Position numbers and translations under genes: made by a program. The notes below the pieces were generated by a model, which saw only the letters and a program-made list of their open reading frames with translations, had not been told where the DNA came from and did not search any database. Shown in pieces: positions 1-12,919 of a stretch of DNA of 64,000 nt (its first letter is position 1; each line of letters opens with the position of its first letter). The DNA is from Azolla caroliniana (Eukaryota > Plantae > Polypodiophyta): contig JBHGNT010000009.1 in assembly GCA_043228905.1 (NCBI GenBank), positions 15,004,001-15,068,000 of the forward strand. Reading direction: 5' to 3'.

Positions 1-481
1 ACAGTTAAATATAATGACAACGATTACAAACTCCGACAGTTACAACCGATAAGGCGGCAACGGGCCCGACACGGGGACCCTACTCACACACACAGATGAC
101 GGTCACCGATTCAAAGAAAACAAAGGGGGGAAGGGGAGAGACTCTGCCGGAAGCACACGGGCTGTCCACGAAGAAGAGGCAGCGACCTCCCGACACCCGC
201 AGAGAGCGACGATTCGAGACGAAGAGAGAGAGCTCCGCCTTTCGTTCTGCAGCAACATCCCTCTCCCTCCTCGCGCGCGATATCCTCTTTTCTTTCTCCT
301 CTTGCCTTTTATCCCCTGTCCCCCTTTGGGATACACACAATCCCCTCTAATAAATGTGTGTGGCTTAGTAGTCACATCCACCGGTTCGCGTACAAAGTAT
401 CCAGTCACGCGTCCATCCGTGTAGGGGCCGGTTTACGCGCTTTCTCTCCGATTCCGCCTATGGCCGGTTTTCTTCACGACA
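1..481 (-). mobile_element. Partial LTR of a TGTCG-terminated Gypsy-type element, inserted into LINE 1 and running off the window start
   Basis: Ends ...CACGACA at 481 (TGTCGTG on the minus strand), the same terminus as the elements at 40077 and 54129. Homology to the second LINE begins right after, at 482 (acggtcttcatgag vs acgatcctcatgag near 19803). Confidence 0.55.
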
Positions 482-3392
482 ACGGTCTTCATGAGATATT
501 AGAGTTTGGTCAGCCCCATGGTTGTACTTAAGGGGGGGGGTACGTTATTAATGTCTATGTCGTTTGCAAGTAACCAACTCACCACGGTGCTATACCAAGA
601 GCTAGTGTCTCCAGACGCATGTAGGGATCGAGATGCCTCAAAGGCTGGACGAGATATCCTATCTTGTGGTTGTCTATGTATCCAATGAATAAAAACTACC
701 ACTTGAAATAGTGCTTTTACTAACATCGGGGGCAGACTGAACTCGGCTCTAATAATGTCATGTGGTACTGTCGATTTGCTTCGGCGTTGACGTGATAACA
801 TCATCACCAAAGGTCTCTCTAATTGCGTCCACATGAAAGATGGTAGACCTGGAGCCCATACCACTGATGCATACATGAGGGAAGGGGTCACTAATGAGTC
901 GAAGAGCCATCCCTTAGTTTGTGGCTCTTGAAAGTATGCCTGGTGGCATTGTCTCTCTAAGAGTGAGAGGGTTGCATACCCTCTCGTTAGCCTATCTTTG
1001 GCTGCCTGGGTCATCGAGAATTTACGTGAGCGAGCACTAAAAGTGACTCCCAAGTATACATATGATCCAACTACCTCAACTAGTTTATGAAAGAGGATTA
1101 GGTGACATTTACTCCTAACTTGGGACGATGTATGAAAGATAAGGACTTTAGTTTTCACTAGATTCACTACCCAGTCTTCGTTGTGTAGAAAAGTCATCTA
1201 GGGCATTAAGATGCTTTTGTAGGTCGTGTTCTGACTCCGAGCACAAGACAATGTCGTCTGCGTAGCATACGAGACTAACTTGTGTATCTCCAATAGCTAC
1301 TCCCTTGCCTCCCTTACAAGCAATAAAATCAGTGATCTCATAAATGTAGATCCCAAAAAGAGTTGGTGATAGGGGGCAACGCTGTTTTACACCAATGGTG
1401 CTAGTGAAACAATCAGATAGGCCACCTGGGCATCTTACGCACCCAAAGACTTGCTCATATAGGGCATAAATGGCCAAGATCATGTTATTTGGTATCTCCA
1501 AGCTCTTAAGTCTATCAAACAACCTCTCCTTAGGAATTGTGTCAAAGGCTTTGTGGAAGTCAACAAAGCAACAATATAGTTTCTTCTTACGAGCCTTCGT
1601 CTGGTCAATTAAGCACCTAAGTGTAAAGATATGGTCAATAGTAGAGAAGGCTCGTCTAAAGCCAAACTGCTCAGGTGCTCGAAAACTTAATGTTTCTATA
1701 TAATCGCTAAGCTCCGCTTCCATTACCTCACCATATAGTTTAGCGAGCGTATGGCCTATCATAATGGTCTTTTATGTATTTGGGTCTATTGGGTCCCCTC
1801 CTTTTTGTATAGGGGCCACTATGTTCATGGTCCGTTGTGGAGGAAAACCCTTGGCGAGGGCGCGGTTGAAGATTAGAGTGAGAAAGAGGGCTAGGGACTC
1901 TCAAGCATATATGATGTGCTCAGCTCGCAATCCTGTGTGGTCCATGGATTTCCTATGTTGTAATTTTTTTATGACCTTCATGACCCTAGAGGTCGTGAAA
2001 AGTGTCCCCATGTTAGGTCGAGGTGTGGAAGGCATTGGGATGGGTGGTTGGTTCGGGACATGGTAGAGTCTCTCGATTTATGTGTGCCAAATATTGGGAT
2101 CCTTGATGGGTGTTTGTGGTCGTGGTTCCCGTAGTCTCTTCCATGCAAGGGTGCAATCCCTACTCATGAGCATATGGTAGAGTTCCCAAGATTGGGATGC
2201 TTCCCAAGCTTGTCTTTTATGACGTGTCATCTTGTGCATCTCTTTTCGAGCCAGTACTAAGGAAATAGTACCACTAAGTCGCAACATTTTAAGTTGTCTA
2301 TACAACTCTCTACAATCCTCGTCATACCACTTGTTCTATGGCATAGACCCTATTCTACTATGATTGCAGTGTTTCGTGTATGGGAAGTTACTAATTGCTA
2401 CCGAGTGAAGGGTGTGTGCGAGTTCTGTAGTGAGGTTCTCTAAAGGCAAGGAAGAATCAAAAGAGGAGAGATGGGCTTGAACATGTCGAGAGTAGATGTC
2501 AGTGAGCTCATGCGTGACATGTATTATGGTGTGATGGTTTCGTTGACTAGAGTTGGTGGCGTGGGAGGTGTCGCATTTTACCTCAAAGTATAGGAAGTTA
2601 TGGTCTGCACCAATGGGGCATGGGGCCACCCAAAATGAGTTAACCATGTGGGTAGCTCCAAGGCGTCCTATTTGGTAATCAATTGTCCTTTCCCCTCCTC
2701 CATGTGGGAAACATGTGAGCGCTTCCGAGCCTGGCCACTTGGCTAAGCCATTATATATAATCATCGGGTGTCGGCTTCCAAGTTCAAGCAGATGGTGGCC
2801 AAAGCTTGTGGTGTCCGCACCTTGATCCTTTGATGTACGCGTTATGTCTAAGTCGAAAGAGTCGACATTCACCATTTCGAGGTTTCTATCCATCTGAAAT
2901 ATTGTGCATTGTCTGGATTGGGTTCTCGCATTGAAGACTTCCCCTTGAGAAGAATATCAGATTATGTCATCCGATAAAGGTTTGTATGGAGAAGGCCCAT
3001 GCGGCGTTCCTTCATCAACTATACTCGCCTCTCCAGCCATATTATACCGGGATCCTTTTGGGGGGAAGTAACACACGACGATAAATATCACCTGATCCTT
3101 GCTAGTGAGGACTTTCACCCACATAAAACGAGCTTTTAGGTCTTTCTTTAATATTTCTATCCTATTATGTATCACTCTCCGAAATAGTATCGCAACCCCT
3201 CCAGACCCTCTAGTAGTATGTCGACGTGAGGTTTGTCTAAAGACAGATTCCCAACGAAAACCGTCAACTTGTGGCAATCCTCGATTTGGGCTCTGATGTG
3301 TTTCTACTAAAAAAAGTATGTCAAATACCTTCAAAAACTCCTCTAGACGGCTAGGGTGTGTCCAAAGTGCACCGTTACAGTTCCATAAGGCC
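482..3392 (-). mobile_element. LINE 1: degenerate, 5'-truncated non-LTR retrotransposon ORF2 (APE endonuclease + RT), RTEX-like
   Basis: ORF fragments 2957-3334 (DILFLVETH, RGSGGVAIL), 2336-2893 (TIDY, ADH), 1148-1762 (QFGFRR, FVDFHKAFD, GVKQRCPLSPTLF, YADD) and 499-1197 (YVYLGV). LWNCNG lies near 3390. Multiple stops and frameshifts; colinear with LINE 2. Confidence 0.9.
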
Positions 3393-3410
3393 AGGGTGTG
3401 TCCAAAGGCC

Positions 3411-3446
3411 AGAGAGAGAGAGAGAGAGAGAGAGAAAGAAAGAAAG
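3411..3446. repeat. (AG)n/(GAAA)n microsatellite, continuing as a purine tract at 8306-8440 beyond the Gypsy insertion
   Basis: Read directly; the TSD GAAAG of chromovirus 1 lies within it. Confidence 0.9.
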
Positions 3447-3850
3447 TGTCAAGATTCGAACTCTTGACACGACCATGTTATAATCTAGTATTATGAGTTA
3501 ACCAAGATATCTAGTACATAGTTATGTATGTAATTGGTCCTTATTATTTTGCTAGCATCATGTGCATAGTTGCTCCCTTGTAGTATTTACACTTGGCACA
3601 TGCATGCATACCTACATGCTCTATTGTAGATTCACATGCATGCAACAAGTATACATGCCATGTAGTATAAATAGATGAGTTCACCTTGAAGGAATTCAAG
3701 GTAAACAACACCAGTTATGGAGTCTTTCCTTTAATACTATCTTCTTTCTTGTCCATTTGGTTATCTTCTTGCTTGTCTCTGGAGCTTATGATCAGTGACA
3801 GTTTGTTCACCTTCCCATCCTCATAGCTCTCCCTCTCATAAGCCATAGCT

Positions 3851-4846
3851 ATGTCCGACTCAACTAGTGAGTTAGGCCAAATAATGGCAGCCTTACGACA
3901 ACTACAGCTTGAAAATGAAGCTCTTCGAAATTCTTTACAAGAACTTCAAGTCGGTACCTCCCTATCCTCACAACCCCCAAACCCTAGCCTAGAGCCCGAT
4001 CTTCTACCAACATCTAGCCTAGCTTCGTCACAATTTCTTGAGCCTAAGGTTAGCCTCCCAGAAAAATTTGATGGAACGAGGTCGCATTTCCGAGGGTTCA
4101 TCAACCAAGTTCGACTTATCATTCGGCTACAACCTCAACGTTATGGAGATGGTCTTCGACAAGTCAGCCTTGTGGGCACCCTTCTCTCCGGTCCGGCCCA
4201 AGCTTGGTTTGCACCATTGGTAGAAACCTTGTCACCTCTATTGGAGGACTTTCCCGCCTTCCTCGTCGAGTTAGAGGCCACATTTGGAGAGACGGACCGA
4301 CGACGTACAACTCTTAACAAGATTTATGCACTCGAACAAGGTTCGCGTGCAACTTCTCTCTATGCTTCAGAATTTCAACAACTAGCATGCGATGTCAATT
4401 GGGATGATCAAGCTTTAGCTGATCACTTTCAGTGCGGACTTCGAAGCAATGTCAAGAATCTTCTCTTAAACTTTCTGGAGCCCACCTCATTATCCCAAGA
4501 GATTTCACAAGCAGTCCATTGTGACAATTGTCTTTTTGAATTTCACCACGAAGAGCGCCGGACTTGGGTTCCACCTCATTCACTTCCACACCACGCCCCG
4601 GTCATACAACCCTAGGCATCCTCACACTCGCCTACTTTGGCAGATGCTCCTATCCCCATGGAAATTGATCAAGCCCGATTTCGGCCATTGACTGATGCTG
4701 AATGACAATTTCGGCGGGCTAATGGCTTGTGCATGTATTGTGGCGCCTCCGGTCATGTCGTTCACCATTGTCCTAGGAGTACTCGCCCACAATTCCATCG
4801 AGCTAACGAACCCCAACATCCGGAAAACGACATCGTTCGGTTGTAG
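3851..4846 (+). pseudogene. gag of chromovirus 1
   Basis: PEKFDGTRSHFRGF, PMEID and a CMYCGASGHVVHHC knuckle in one frame, with premature stops. Confidence 0.85.
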
Positions 4847-7800
4847 TAGGAGCCATGCAACTAGACATCTCCTGTTGCCCACATTCTCTTGGTTCCATTG
4901 CCGGACCATAAGGCAATTTCACATTGGAGGTATGGCTTTCGTTTAACTCTAGTTCCATTCAGTCTGTTGCTTTACTTGATTTTGGGGCATCTTCTTGCTT
5001 CATCGACGTCGCGTTTGCCCAAGCACATGGCGTACCTGTCATTGGCCTCTCAAAACCCATTCCAGTTGAAGCTATCGACGGGTGCGTCCTCCTGTCAGGT
5101 GTAATTACTCAAGCTACAATCCCATTAGGGTTTCGGGTGGGCTCACACCAGGAGGAGCTCGCATTTTACCTCATCGCATCTCCTCGACATCCGATCTTCT
5201 TAGGACTAACGTGGTTGGAGGCGCACAATCTAATAGTGGATTGGTGCAACCGCTCGATAACATTTAGCAAGCCAAGATGCTCGTGCAAAAGTATCAAGGT
5301 AAATTCAGTTTCCTATCCTTCGGAGACGGTCGACTCTGAATTGACTACCCCATCATCAGTTCAGGATGGGTTTGTTTGTGGCGCCATTTCTAACACACTC
5401 CATGTTATTCCTGAAAAATACCAACACTTCTCCGACGTATTTGAAAAATGTAATGCTGATCATTTTCCTGAACACCGGCTCTACGACTATCCGATTGATC
5501 TTCAAGAAGGTGCGTGTCCACCCTTTGGTCCTCTATATGCGTTGTTTGCACCAAAGTTGAAGGCCCTTTGTGTGTATCTCGATGAGAACCTCAAGAAAGG
5601 ATTTATTCAACCTTCTAAGTCACCACCCGGGGCCCCCATTTTATTTGTGAAGAAGAAGGACGGCTCTCTACGCTTATGCGTCGACTACCGAGGTCGAATT
5701 TCTGGGCTATATCATCTCGCCCACTGGCATCACCATGGATATGAAGAAGGTCTCTGTCATTCAGGCGTGGGCAACTCCAAGGCGACTTAAAGATGTGCAA
5801 TCCTTCCTCGGCTTCGCGAATTTTTACCGTCGCTTCATCAAGGGGTTTTCCACCCTAGCACAACCTCTTATCGCTCTCACCCATAAAGGCACTCCATTTT
5901 TATGGACCTCCGAGGTGTAAAATGCGTTCGACTCACTCAAACACGCATTCATCACTGCCCCGGTGCTGCTCCATGCCAACCCCACAAAACCCTTCCAAGT
6001 CGAAACCGATGCCTCTGACTTTGCCATTGGCGCCATCTTATCCCAAGTAGACGACAACAACCTAATGCACCAAGTGGCTTACTATTCCCGAAAATTTACG
6101 GCATCCGAAATCAATTATCCCATTTACGACAAGGAGCTTGCTACTATCATTGCTGCCTTTGAAGAATGGCGACCCTACTTGGCCGGCGCACAACATCGTG
6201 TCCAGGTAGTGACTAATCATAAAAATTTAGTTTATTTTTCCACCACTCGTACTTTGAATCGACGGCAGGCCCGTTGGTCGACATTTCTCGCCGATTACGA
6301 TTTTGAGATCTTATTTCGACCTGGTGGCCAACATGGGAAGGCTGATGCCCTTTCTCACTGAGCTGACCTTGCACTCCGCCCTGGGGATGCTGCTTATGCT
6401 CAACAATCTAGACATTTGTTGAAACCCGACCAATTGCATCTTTTTGCCACTTGTATGTTGCAGGATGATTCTTTACTCCAACAAATCACTGATGCTTCCA
6501 AGACCGATGCGTTTGCCAACGAGATTCGAGATAGTCTGCAAAACCCCTCCAAGGCGACCAAAAGGAAGGATCTTGACACCTTCACCATACAAGAGGGTTT
6601 GTTGTTCCGAGATCATCTTTTATACGTCCCAGAGGGCCCATGTTGCACCCGGGTGTTGCGGGAATGCCACGATGACCCACTTGCAGGTCATTTCGGGGTC
6701 ACGAAAACCCTCGAGCTAATCTCTCGGGGGTATTGGTGGCCACAACCATGGAAGTTGGTCAAAGAATACATAAAGAGTTGTGAGGTTTGTGCTCGCTCCA
6801 AATCCATTCATCATCGGCCATACGGCTTACTACAACCGCTTCCATGTCCTCGTCGTCCTTGGGCCTCTATCTCTATGGACCTGATAACTGATCTACCCTT
6901 GGTCATAGCTATGACTCGGTGTTGGTCGTTGTCGATCGTTTTACGAAGATGGCTCACTTCACTCCATGCTCCAAAACCATTTCCAGAGAAGGAATGGTGC
7001 ATCTACTACTCAACAATTGGTACGCTTGCATGGACTCCCAGATGATGTCATCTCGGATCGCGGACCGCAGTTTGTCTCTCACTTCTGGCAGCTTCTGCTA
7101 CAAACTTTAGGCATCTCTGTCAAGTTGTCCTCTGCTTATCACCCCCAAACTGACGGGCAAACGGAGCGTGTCAACCAAATCCTTGAGCAGTATCTTCGGT
7201 GCTCGGTTAGTTACCAACAAGATGATTGGGTCAACTTACTTTTGCTCGCGGAATTCGCCTACAATAATTCTCTCCATGCATCAACTAGCGTCACTCCTTT
7301 CTTTGCCAACTATGGTTTACATCCTCGCTTCAACATTTCCCTTCCTACCACTTCCGTGAACCCTTCGGTGGAGGATCACGCCCGCATTTTGGAAGAACTA
7401 CATCATGATTTATCCTTGGAGCTTAGTCTTGCTAGTGAACGATACAAGAAGCAGGCTGATTGCCATCGATCTTCCACTCCAGACTTTGTCGTTGGAGACA
7501 TGGTCTGGTTGTTACGTCGACACATCTCTACTACTCGTCCATGTGCGAAACTTGATTACAAGAAGTTGGGACCATTTCGTATCATCGAGTGCATCAATCT
7601 CGTCGCCTTCCGGCTTGCCCTTCCATCCCACTTCCGGATTCACGATGTTTTTCATGTCTCCCTCCTCGAACCCCATTATGCTTCACAACTCCCAGGACGT
7701 TAGGCCCCACCACCACCACCTGTGCAATTGACGACAGGGGAGCAATACGAGGTCGACCAAATCCTCGACTCGCGTTGGCACCGTCGACACTTGCAATACC

Positions 7801-7910
7801 TCGTCCTATGGAGGGGTTACCCCATGTCTGAGGCCACGTGGGAACCATCGACAAATTTACAAAATGCCCCAGAAGTCGTCCAAGATTTTCATCACCGATA
7901 TCCCCACAAA
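4822..7910 (+). pseudogene. pol of chromovirus 1 (PR, truncated RT, RNase H, integrase, chromodomain)
   Basis: ALLDFGAS; FVKKKDGSLRLCVDYRG; ETDASD; HHCC; SDRGPQF; YHPQTDGQTER; EQYEVDQILDSR...YLVLWRGY...TWEP. Confidence 0.9.
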
Positions 7911-8515
7911 CCAGCGGCCGATTTGGGAAGGCAGCGTAGGAGGGGGGATAATGTCAAGATTCGAACTCTTGACACGACCATGTTATAATCTAGTATTATG
8001 AGTTAACCAAGATATCTAGTACATAGTTATGTATGTAATTGGTCCATATTATTTTGCTAGAATCATGTGCATAGTTGCTCCCTTGTAGTATTTACACTTG
8101 GCACATGCATGCATACCTACATGCTCTATTGTAGATTCACATGCGTGCAACAAGTATGCATGCCATGTAGTATAAATAGAGGAGTTCACCTTGAAGGAAT
8201 TCAAGGTGAACAACACCAGTTATGGAGTCTTTCCTTTAATACTATCTTCTTTCTTGTCCATTTGGTTATCTTCTTGCTTGTCTCTGGAGCTTATGATCTG
8301 TGACAGAAAGAGGAGAGAGAGAGAGAGAGAGAAAGAAGGGAAAGAAGAGGAAGAAGAAGAAGAAGGGAAAGAAGAAGAAGAATTAGGGAAGAAGAGGAGG
8401 AAGAGAGAATGCTCTTTCTCTTTCTCTTTCTCTTTCTCTTACGATGGTGACCGAATATATCAATATGAAGAAACAGAAGATTGATCATTCGAATTAGCAA
8501 AAGGAGGATATAGAT

Positions 8516-9480
8516 ATGGTGCAGAAGCCATCATATGCCCAAATTGCGGTTGAAGGTGAGGAAGAGCTGATGAGTGATCAATATTGGGTGACAATCCATG
8601 CTATTGCAAACCAAACTTACATGACGTGCTACCTGATGATGAAGAGATTTTGGTGGACGCAATGACTGATGATATTGTGGAGGTGGAGCTACCCCGCAGG
8701 GACATCTTGAAGGTCTTTTCCATGTTCCATGATCAAGGTATTATTTGTTTCTTTACTGGAAAAATTCCCCCAATTGATTGGGTGCGTGAATGGTTAAATG
8801 TTATGGTGGGTAGAAATATTGTGGAGGATGTGTATAAAGGTCCAAGAGGTTTTTTTGAGGTTATATTTCGTACTAAAGAACAAAGACATAGATTATTATC
8901 TCGTATCCCAGTTTTCTTCAATAATAAGTTGGTATACATTGTTCCATGGTGACCATTAGCAGAATTTGAAGAGATTTTGAAGCAGGAGTGTCCAATATGG
9001 GTTGAAGTAGACTGTAAATTCTCATTTTTGTGGCCCATTATACAACGTGTAGTGGAACAACTTGGAAAAGTGATAGTTGCTCCAGATCCAAAAGCGCGTA
9101 ATAGATATAGGTTATGTATGTTGTGGAATACAACTAAGAAGAGACCTTTGTGGTTAAATATAAAATCGGAGGAAATGCGGTCATTTCGTTGCCAATTGCA
9201 TTGGGGTTCATTTGTTGGTCATTGTTTCAAATGTGGTGGATTGGGTCATTTTATGGTTGAATGTCAACAAATACTAGTTGGTGAGGGTCCTAATACCCCT
9301 TGTTGTGATATGGTAATGCTAAATCAAGTACCGTAAGAACATGAGAGGAACAAAAGTCAAGAGGTAAATATAGGTAAAGAAAACACTATAGTGCCTTCAG
9401 AGTAAAAAGGTAAACGTGTTGAAGAAGAAGTGCTAGAAGAGTCTGAAACAAAGGTGCAAACTTCGAATCCTTCTGGTCCA
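8516..9480 (+). pseudogene. L1-type LINE ORF1 fragment (DUF4283-like region + zinc knuckle)
   Basis: GFFEVIF...PW, CPIWVEV and CFKCGGLGHFMVEC in ORFs 8584-8952 and 8977-9336, with stops and a frameshift. Confidence 0.7.
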
Positions 9481-9507
9481 AAACCCCGGCGGTTCTGCCT
9501 CACGATC

Positions 9508-9950
9508 CGCATTGTGGTGAAGGGGTTTCAACAGAAAAAGGGTGTCAACTTTGACGAAATATTCGCCCTAGTCGTGAACATGATATCCATCGAAATTGTT
9601 CTGAGCATAGCTGCCGCTACATATCTGGAGATCGAGTAGTTGGATGTCAAAACAACATTCTTGCACGGGGAGCTGGATGTGGAGATCTACATGCAGCAGC
9701 CTGATGGCTTTGAGGAGAAAGGGAAAGAGAACCTGATGTGTTGACTGAAGAAAAGCTTGTATGATTTGAAACAAGCTCCACGCCAATGGTATAAGAAGTT
9801 CGAATCCTTTAGGTTGGAACATAGGTTCCACAAAACACAGGTTGATCATTGCGTGTTCGTCAAAAGGTACGATGAAGGTGACTTCTTGATTCTCTTATTA
9901 TACGTGGATGACATGTTGATAGTCGGACAAGAAATGAAGAGCTTGAAGAA
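9508..9950 (+). mobile_element. Copia RT fragment
   Basis: RIVVKGFQQKKG, LKQAPRQWY, LLLYVDDML; cut by the LTR at 9951. Confidence 0.85.
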
Positions 9951-11360
9951 TGACAGGAACTGCACACTCCCTATGCGCAACGCTCGGCCACAACCGAGCT
10001 TAGAATCATACACAAAAAACGGGAAATGAAAAAAACACGACACAATGGAGAGAAGAGTACACAGGATATTAATGTGGAAAGCCCAAAGTAGGGAAAAACC
10101 ACGGCAGCCCACAGGCTGCAAACTATTGCTATATCACAATGTACAATGGTAAAGCACCGAGGCAATGACCTCGAGCTTGTTATCTTCGCCACAGGCGGCG
10201 GTTACAACAGAGGCAACAACCTCTTTCTCTCTCTCTCTCTCTCTGTACACAATTACACGCTCTCTAGTCTTGCACCAACAAGAATGACAACATCCCATAA
10301 AAGAGTTTGCCCTAAGTCATATTTATACTAATATGACTTTTCGGCTATTTACAAATATAGCCCCGATGGACTCTCAGAAACATATTTACGAATATGTCCC
10401 TTCATCCGGTGAGGACTCCTCACAGGGCTTGCATCATCCGGCGCTTGCCGGGTACTCGTCACCGGGTCCTCCGTAGCCGGGTACTCCACATCCGGTTCTC
10501 ACCGGGTCTTCCGTAGCCGAGTCTTCCACATTTGGTTTCAGCCTCAGCCGAGTTTGCTCATCAGTACTGTTCTTCTCACTTCCCATCTGGAGGGACATGT
10601 TTCCTAACAAACTCCCCCTTCACTCCGGCATGGGATGTCTTACTAGTCCGATCCGCTTCCGGCATGCATCTAGCTTGTCAGGTATCAATACTTTGGTCAG
10701 CATATCTGACCCGTTCTCGGCCGTGTGGATCTTCGTCAGCGCGAACTCCTGGTCATCTACTCTTTCTCGGATCCAATGATACCTTCGCTGGATATGCTTC
10801 GTTCGGGAATGGTAGGCCGCATTCTTAGCAAGGTGGATGGCTCTTTGACTGTTGCAATAGAGCCGGTATTCATCTTGCCGGATACCGAGCTCTCCGATGA
10901 AGTCCTTCATCCATAATATTTCCTTGCCGGCTTCCACAGCCGCCATGTACTCCGCCTCTGTGGTTGACAACGCAACCGTCTTCTGCAGCCTCGACTGCCA
11001 CGAAACAGCTCCCCCTGCATATGTCATTACATACCCGGATGTAGACCGACTGGTATCCACATCAACCGACATGTCCGAATCGGTAAAACCGTCAAGTTGA
11101 GGTTTTCCAGAGCCAAATCGGAGACACATATTTGAAGTGCCCTTCAAGTACCGGAGTATCCATTTGACCGCGTTCCAGTGCTCCTTGCCGGGATTGCTCA
11201 TAAACCGGGTCACCACTCCGACTGCGTATCCTATATCCGGTCGGGTACACACCATTGCGTACATTAAGCTCCCGACGGCAGAGGCATATGGAACCTTCAT
11301 CATATCCGCCTTCTCTGCTTTTGTCTTCGGGCTTTGCTTACCGGATAACCTGCAGTTTTC
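9951..11360 (-). mobile_element. Truncated Copia of the A family: end of RT, RNase H, PPT and 3' LTR (9951-10609)
   Basis: ORF 10620-11303 is nearly identical to the C-termini of Copia A and C; the LTR is the reverse complement of the TGTTAGGAAAC...GTTCCTGTCA LTR type. Confidence 0.9.
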
Positions 11361-11364
11361 CGGA

Positions 11365-11693
11365 TAAACAAAAATACATTAAATTAAATAAGAATTTAAA
11401 TTTATTTTATTAAATCAATAAAAGAAATTTTAATTGAACCATTAAATTAAGTAAACATTTAACTTAAATTAATTAAATCAATAAAAAACCATTAAATTAA
11501 TAAACTATTAAGGTGAAAAAAAGTTACCCAAAAACCTATAAACCTTTCAACCAAACCTATAAACCCAAGTTTTAGAACCGAACCGAACCATTTATAAAAA
11601 ATCCAAACCAAACTAAACCATTTTATTGTTTTGGAACCAATAAACCGTTAAACCATGGGTTAATGGTGTGGGTCGAAATTGTGCCCATTGCTA
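11365..11693 (-). mobile_element. One end of a hAT/MITE-like DNA transposon
   Basis: AT-rich body with repeated AAACC/AACCG motifs, ending TGCCCATTGCTA (TAGCAATGGGCA on the minus strand). No second TIR seen. Confidence 0.45.
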
Positions 11694-12919
11694 GGGTTTA
11701 CTTTGTCTCGTCATCTCTTTGCTGCCACATAGGCTAGACAACATCCATCCCCCTGTTGTTCTCTATGTATGCACATTCGACCAAGCATGCCAAAAGTGTT
11801 ACCAGGCTAAGGTAACACGGTGTTGGATACTCATTCCTTCGGTATTTGACTCAAGGTATTGTGGTCGGGGTATGGTTAGTATCGGCGAATCGTTACCGAA
11901 GCCTAACCACACGTCTTACCCACATGAATCGAACTACTATGCCTGTGGAGACTGAAAACCCAAGCCGGCTACAATCGACTGACGACGTGCACGATACACA
12001 ATGCATGTAAGGACACTCAACACAGATTAAAACTTTGACACAAAACACAGAGACAAAGTATACCAAACCAATTTCTATTATAAAAAAACGATTTAATACA
12101 GTACTCTTTGATCATCCCTTACATTCTTTCCATCTCTCTTTTTATAGGGATCATGGGCGGTTATGTTCAAAGCGTGAACCGCCACTACTAATAATAACTA
12201 GGTGCCGTTTTAAGTTGGTCCTCTTTACTTCTCGTTCGGTCCCACCCGTCTTCTGTTTGGCCCGTAACCATTCCTTGGCCTTTTCACACTTGGGTCATCC
12301 GACCCGGCCAACACCAATTGACTGAGAATAGGCCTTTGACTACCGATTTGAAGCAAATTGATGATCGGCCTAATCGGATAGAAGTTGATCCGACCGAAGT
12401 CGGATACGAACCAGTCGGTCAAGTAGATAATCAACAAAGTTGAGAGCCGATTGAGGAACAAGGGGAACCGGTCGAAAGAAGACAGTTGGCCGAACAAGGA
12501 TCTGAATCAGACTCAGAGGAAGAGCTGACTATGTCGAATGGAGACAGAAGATACCCCCTAAGAGAGAGAAGGCCCCCCGGAGATTTCAGATAGAGAATAT
12601 GTATTGTTAACCGATGAGAGGGAGCCCTAAAGCTTCGAGGGAGCTAAGAGGGATACCCAAAGCCGAAAGTGGTTTAACGCCATGCAATACGAGATGGATT
12701 CCCTGCATGAGAACCACATGTATGAATTGACCGAGCTGCCGAAAGGAAAGAAGGCAGTTCGAAACAAGTGGGTATATAAATTGAAGTCGAGAGAAAGTGG
12801 AAATCCACCCAGATACAAAGCTCGAATCGTTGTGAAAGGTTTTTAGCAGAAGAAGGGTGTGGATTTCGATGAAATAATTTCTCTGGTAGTAAAGATGACG
12901 TCGATACAGACGATGTTGA

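Larger units (their letters stand above)
3447..8305 (+). mobile_element. Chromovirus 1: Ty3/Gypsy element with chromodomain (Tcn1/Tf1-sushi-like), RT core deleted
   Basis: 354-bp TG...CA LTRs at 3447-3800 and 7952-8305; TSD GAAAG; PPT 7938-7950; domain order gag-PR-RT-RH-INT-chromodomain. Confidence 0.95.

Noticed and set aside
361-420. A-box-like TGGCTTAGTAG in the first LTR
   Set aside because: No B box at tRNA-like spacing.
8191-8500. E/K/R-rich and S/L-rich small ORFs
   Set aside because: Translations of a purine microsatellite tract.
11720-12313. Possible minus-strand solo LTR
   Set aside because: TG/CA-like ends but no TSD and no second copy in the window.
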